DNA of 64,000 nt from Dicyema japonicum. Taxonomy: Eukaryota > Animalia > Dicyemida. The notes under the pieces were generated by a model. The model ran no database searches. It saw only the letters and a program-made list of their open reading frames with translations, and had not been told where the DNA came from. Within the stretch, counting starts at the first letter, position 1, and each line of letters begins with the position of its first letter. Below are positions 60,721 to 64,000 of the stretch, one piece after another. Both the position numbers and the translations under genes were made by a program. Location of the stretch: NCBI GenBank assembly GCA_011109175.1, contig RDEW01000015.1, positions 770,868 through 834,867 on the forward strand, written 5' to 3'.

Positions 60721-61199
60721 AGAAACAGCAATATTCGACTCACGAAACATCTGAATTTTTTTGGCACTTGAATAATATTTCGAAAGAAATTAAAAGATTG
60801 TTTCCTAAAACTGAATAAAAATATTTTAAAAATCGTCTGGACTGTCTTACAGAGTTTCTAGAATATGTTACAAGTGCGAAATAAACCAATTTATTTTGAT
60901 CCTCAGTCAGATAAAACAAATAATATTTAACTGTTCGTACTAGTTTAATTTCTGAAAAAAATTCATCTTCAACTTTTTGATAAAGCACCACGCCACGTGG
61001 CTCGTTGATAAGTTCTTTGAGGTATGTAAGTATTTTCACATCTCCAATGCTCTCAAGGTGTTCCCTCTTTTTACAAAAACATGTTTGAAAAAAAGAAAAC
61101 TTAAATTAAAAAAATTGACTTAATAAATTTAAAAAAAGAAGATATGTAAGGTTTATTTTTTGCGTAACCGTTGTCAGGTCACATTTAACATTCATTTCT

Positions 61200-61530
61200 T
61201 AATAAATATGCTTGGCTGAACGGGTTGCCATCATCGTCAATTGGTTCCCTTCTGGAATAGGACTCTCTCCAGAATGGGATATCTATCAGTCTCGGCATCG
61301 ACCTGTGCCAGCCTCATCCATTCCGTTGTTGACTGCAAAGGAGCCGCTCTCTTGCCGTCTCAGCAGAGGTGGGTTCCCGAGGCATGCAGCCATCAACGGG
61401 GTTATGATGAAGCGCTCTCTTGAAGCGGCTGGATTCCCGTCGTCTATGGAACCGATGGGCCTGGATCGTGGAGATCAAAAGCGCCCAGAGGAGGTTACTT
61501 CTTCCCCTTCTCTCATGGAAAATGCTTGAT
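61200..61530 (+). mobile_element. CRE C-terminal relic
   Basis: LSCRLSRGGFPRHAAIN..KRSLEAAGFPSSMEPMGLDRGDQKRP. Confidence 0.8.
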
Positions 61531-62060
61531 TTGTGATGGGCCTGTACCGATACCTTTTCCCAGTCGATACTTGCTGGTTCCGCGTTGAAAGCGCGGGAGA
61601 CTGCTCGGACTTTCTAAGATTTGATATAAAAAATAGGATAGCCTCTCCACAAGATTCCACGTACAGCCCGTTTTTATGGAGTCTTCGGTACCATAACGGT
61701 CTCTTTTCTAAGATCGCTTTGGTTAATGATTTGAAATTTAGCATAAGGAAATCATTTGGCTGTTATAAAGGATTTCTCTGGCAGTTGTCAGAGGGAACAG
61801 CAATTCCATTTTATCAGCTGGATTATTTTGATTGTCTTGTTTTGTAATAAATTGTTTTTTTTTTATAAATAAGCAAAATTTTAAATATTTTCTTTAATGT
61901 AGATCATTGTTATTTGACCGGGGACCAGTTTAGTCTGTTGAATTTTTCTGGGGACCACATGTAACAAAACAATTTAATAAAAAATTAGCAAAATAAAAAA
62001 ATCATAATATTTAGAGTTAGTGTGATTTTTGATTTTGCTTTTCAGAAACTAGCAGTCCAA

Positions 62061-62240
62061 TTTTTTGTACAATGTTGATAAGTGCCATTCTCATATCGTC
62101 TTCCACCTTACAGGGTTTTCAATTCAAAGTGAGAACTTGTTCACATCAAATTTTTGGTACAATGTTGGTAAGTGCCATTCTCATATCGTCTTCCACCTTA
62201 CAGGGTTTTCAATTCAAAGTGAGAACTTGTTCACATCAAA
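62061..62240. repeat. 90-bp tandem duplication spanning flank plus transposon end
   Basis: 62061-62150 and 62151-62240 are almost identical; each contains TA|CAGGGTTTTCAATT. Confidence 0.9.
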
Positions 62241-63512
62241 GTGAGAATCATTCACATCAAAGTGAGAATTTCTTTTATGTAAAATGATTTGCAATCATCT
62301 TGTGAAATGTCTTGACTGTATTTTCTATTCCAAAGAAAAGCATTTCTTCGCTTGTTGGCTTTAGATTTTTCAGTATTTTTTCCACTTAAAGAACATATTC
62401 TCAATAGGATTCAAAAAAGGGGAATAAGGAGGCAATAATTTCAGTTGGTTATTGTTTTGATCAAAATTTTCCTTTATCAAAGCACTTTTATGAAATGGAG
62501 CATTATTGCAGATCACCACAATATTTTGTAAATTTTTTTCATTTACCAAATATTGGAAAAGATCATTTATATATCCCATGATACTTTCCGTGCTATATGG
62601 CTTCATTGAAATTTTGTAAAATATGATCTCCGACTTTGACACTGCACAGCACACACTAATATTCCTTGATCTGATTAATTTAACCACTAGAGTGGGTGTT
62701 TGGCCTTTTTTAGCTTTCCCGTAGTTGTTCCTCATTGATATATTGAATCCAACCTAAAGTTATGAAGTAATAAACGAACTTCATCCACAAAAAAATTGTT
62801 TTCTAGAGTCTCCAATAAATAGATAACCAGTTTTTGCAGAGATACATAGGTTTTCGCTAATTGAGTTAGCTGTGGATCCATTGGACTACATATTTTTAAT
62901 AAAACGCCTATTTTCATCAGACAAATTTCGGGACATTAACAATTACNAAATTTTGCTTTCTAGAGTAGTGGATAGTGTGCCAATAAATTCTTTGGCATAT
63001 TGTTTACGTAAAGCATCCACATCATTTGATATTCTTCGTTCTGGAAGAAGTTGAATTTTTTAAAAGAGTAGTTGAATCCTTCTAAATGATAATGGATCGC
63101 ATATGTTCCGATCGTTAAACCAAATTTAGCAAATATTTTCGAGGATATTTTTTACAAGAACAAGAAATATTACACGAATCCGATATTTCATTCTTATAAA
63201 CAGAGAAATTTCTTTAGTGATTTTTGTATTTCGAGGATCGCCCTGTGGATTACTTGCAATTTTCCCAATTTTTTTGAAGTCCCCAATAATTCGATAGACA
63301 GTTTTCGCAGGGATACATAGGTTTTCGCTAATTGACTTAGCTGTGGATCCATTGGAATACATATTAATAATAAAACGCCTATTTTCATCAGACAAATTTC
63401 GGGACATTAACAATTACGAAGATTAAATATTTGTAGTTACGAAGATTAAAATTTATTTAATGTCAATTTAAATAATTCTCACTTTGATGTGAATAATTCT
63501 CACATTGATGTG
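62111..63512 (-). mobile_element. Tc1/IS630-type DD34E transposon, rearranged
   Basis: HTH ORF 63126-63413; catalytic FVDE..(N)NAPFH-x34-NPIE; inverted CACATCAAAGTGAGAAT repeats at 62232-62272 and 63474-63512; duplicated N-terminus (62800-62945 versus 63275-63418). Confidence 0.85.
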
Positions 63513-64000
63513 TGTCGCGTCCCGTGGTGGCGACGCGTCCCACACTGGTTACATGTCACCTTTCAATCACTATCAGGTCACTATCAATTGTCATACTTAA
63601 TGTGGCTTTGATCATTTTTAATTGTGTCGGACATATAATATCTTTTGCCGTTATTCATAAATATTCATCATGTGCTCNAGAATCAATCCATTTGCAAATA
63701 ACCATTACAATCAAATAACAAAAAAACACGTGGAATAAAATTAATTAAATATTCTAATGCGAATAAATAATAAAAATTAAATAATTTTTTTAGTCATAAA
63801 AATTAATTGACCTAAAAATATTTCTGGGGACCACATTAAGAATCACTGATTTAGATGGTTGTTTTGAATTAAAGGCTTCCAAAATTTCGAAAAGTGACTT
63901 TTATATATTGGAAGTGCGACAGATATCGGTACGAACATCTAGCAAAGATGAGATGGCTGATTAAAGAGGCTGGCATCACCTGACGGCCGCGTATTCTATT

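Overview
This is eukaryotic, AT-rich, transposon-saturated DNA from an animal with extremely short spliceosomal introns (21-26 nt, GT-AG). That pattern fits a reduced parasite such as a dicyemid or myxozoan; this is an inference. Seven host genes are recognisable after manual splicing: an SSDP/SSBP-type LUFS protein, cathepsin L, a NHERF/PDZK1-like PDZ protein, proteasome alpha4 (PSMA7), a GhrA-like D-2-hydroxyacid dehydrogenase, TRAPPC3/BET3 (absent from the ORF track) and INTS4. They occupy about 9 kb. The rest is layered mobile DNA: RTE, CRE, R4-like (REL endonuclease) and I/Jockey/Ingi-like non-LTR elements, two tRNA-type SINE families, and hAT, pogo/Tigger and Tc1 DNA transposons. Scattered 1-2 nt frameshifts in conserved genes suggest an indel-prone assembly, so many frameshift calls are uncertain. 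The most interesting signal is a set of five short (250-330 nt) elements in two families. They share a GGCC(G/T)CGTGGCGCCATGTGG head and a co-varying nested pseudoknot with HDV-ribozyme topology but a non-canonical core. At least one family ends in the 3' tail of a LINE that encodes a viral-type 2A (DVESNPGP) peptide ahead of its endonuclease. No rRNA, intact tRNA or CRISPR array was found. All alignments and folds were done by eye.
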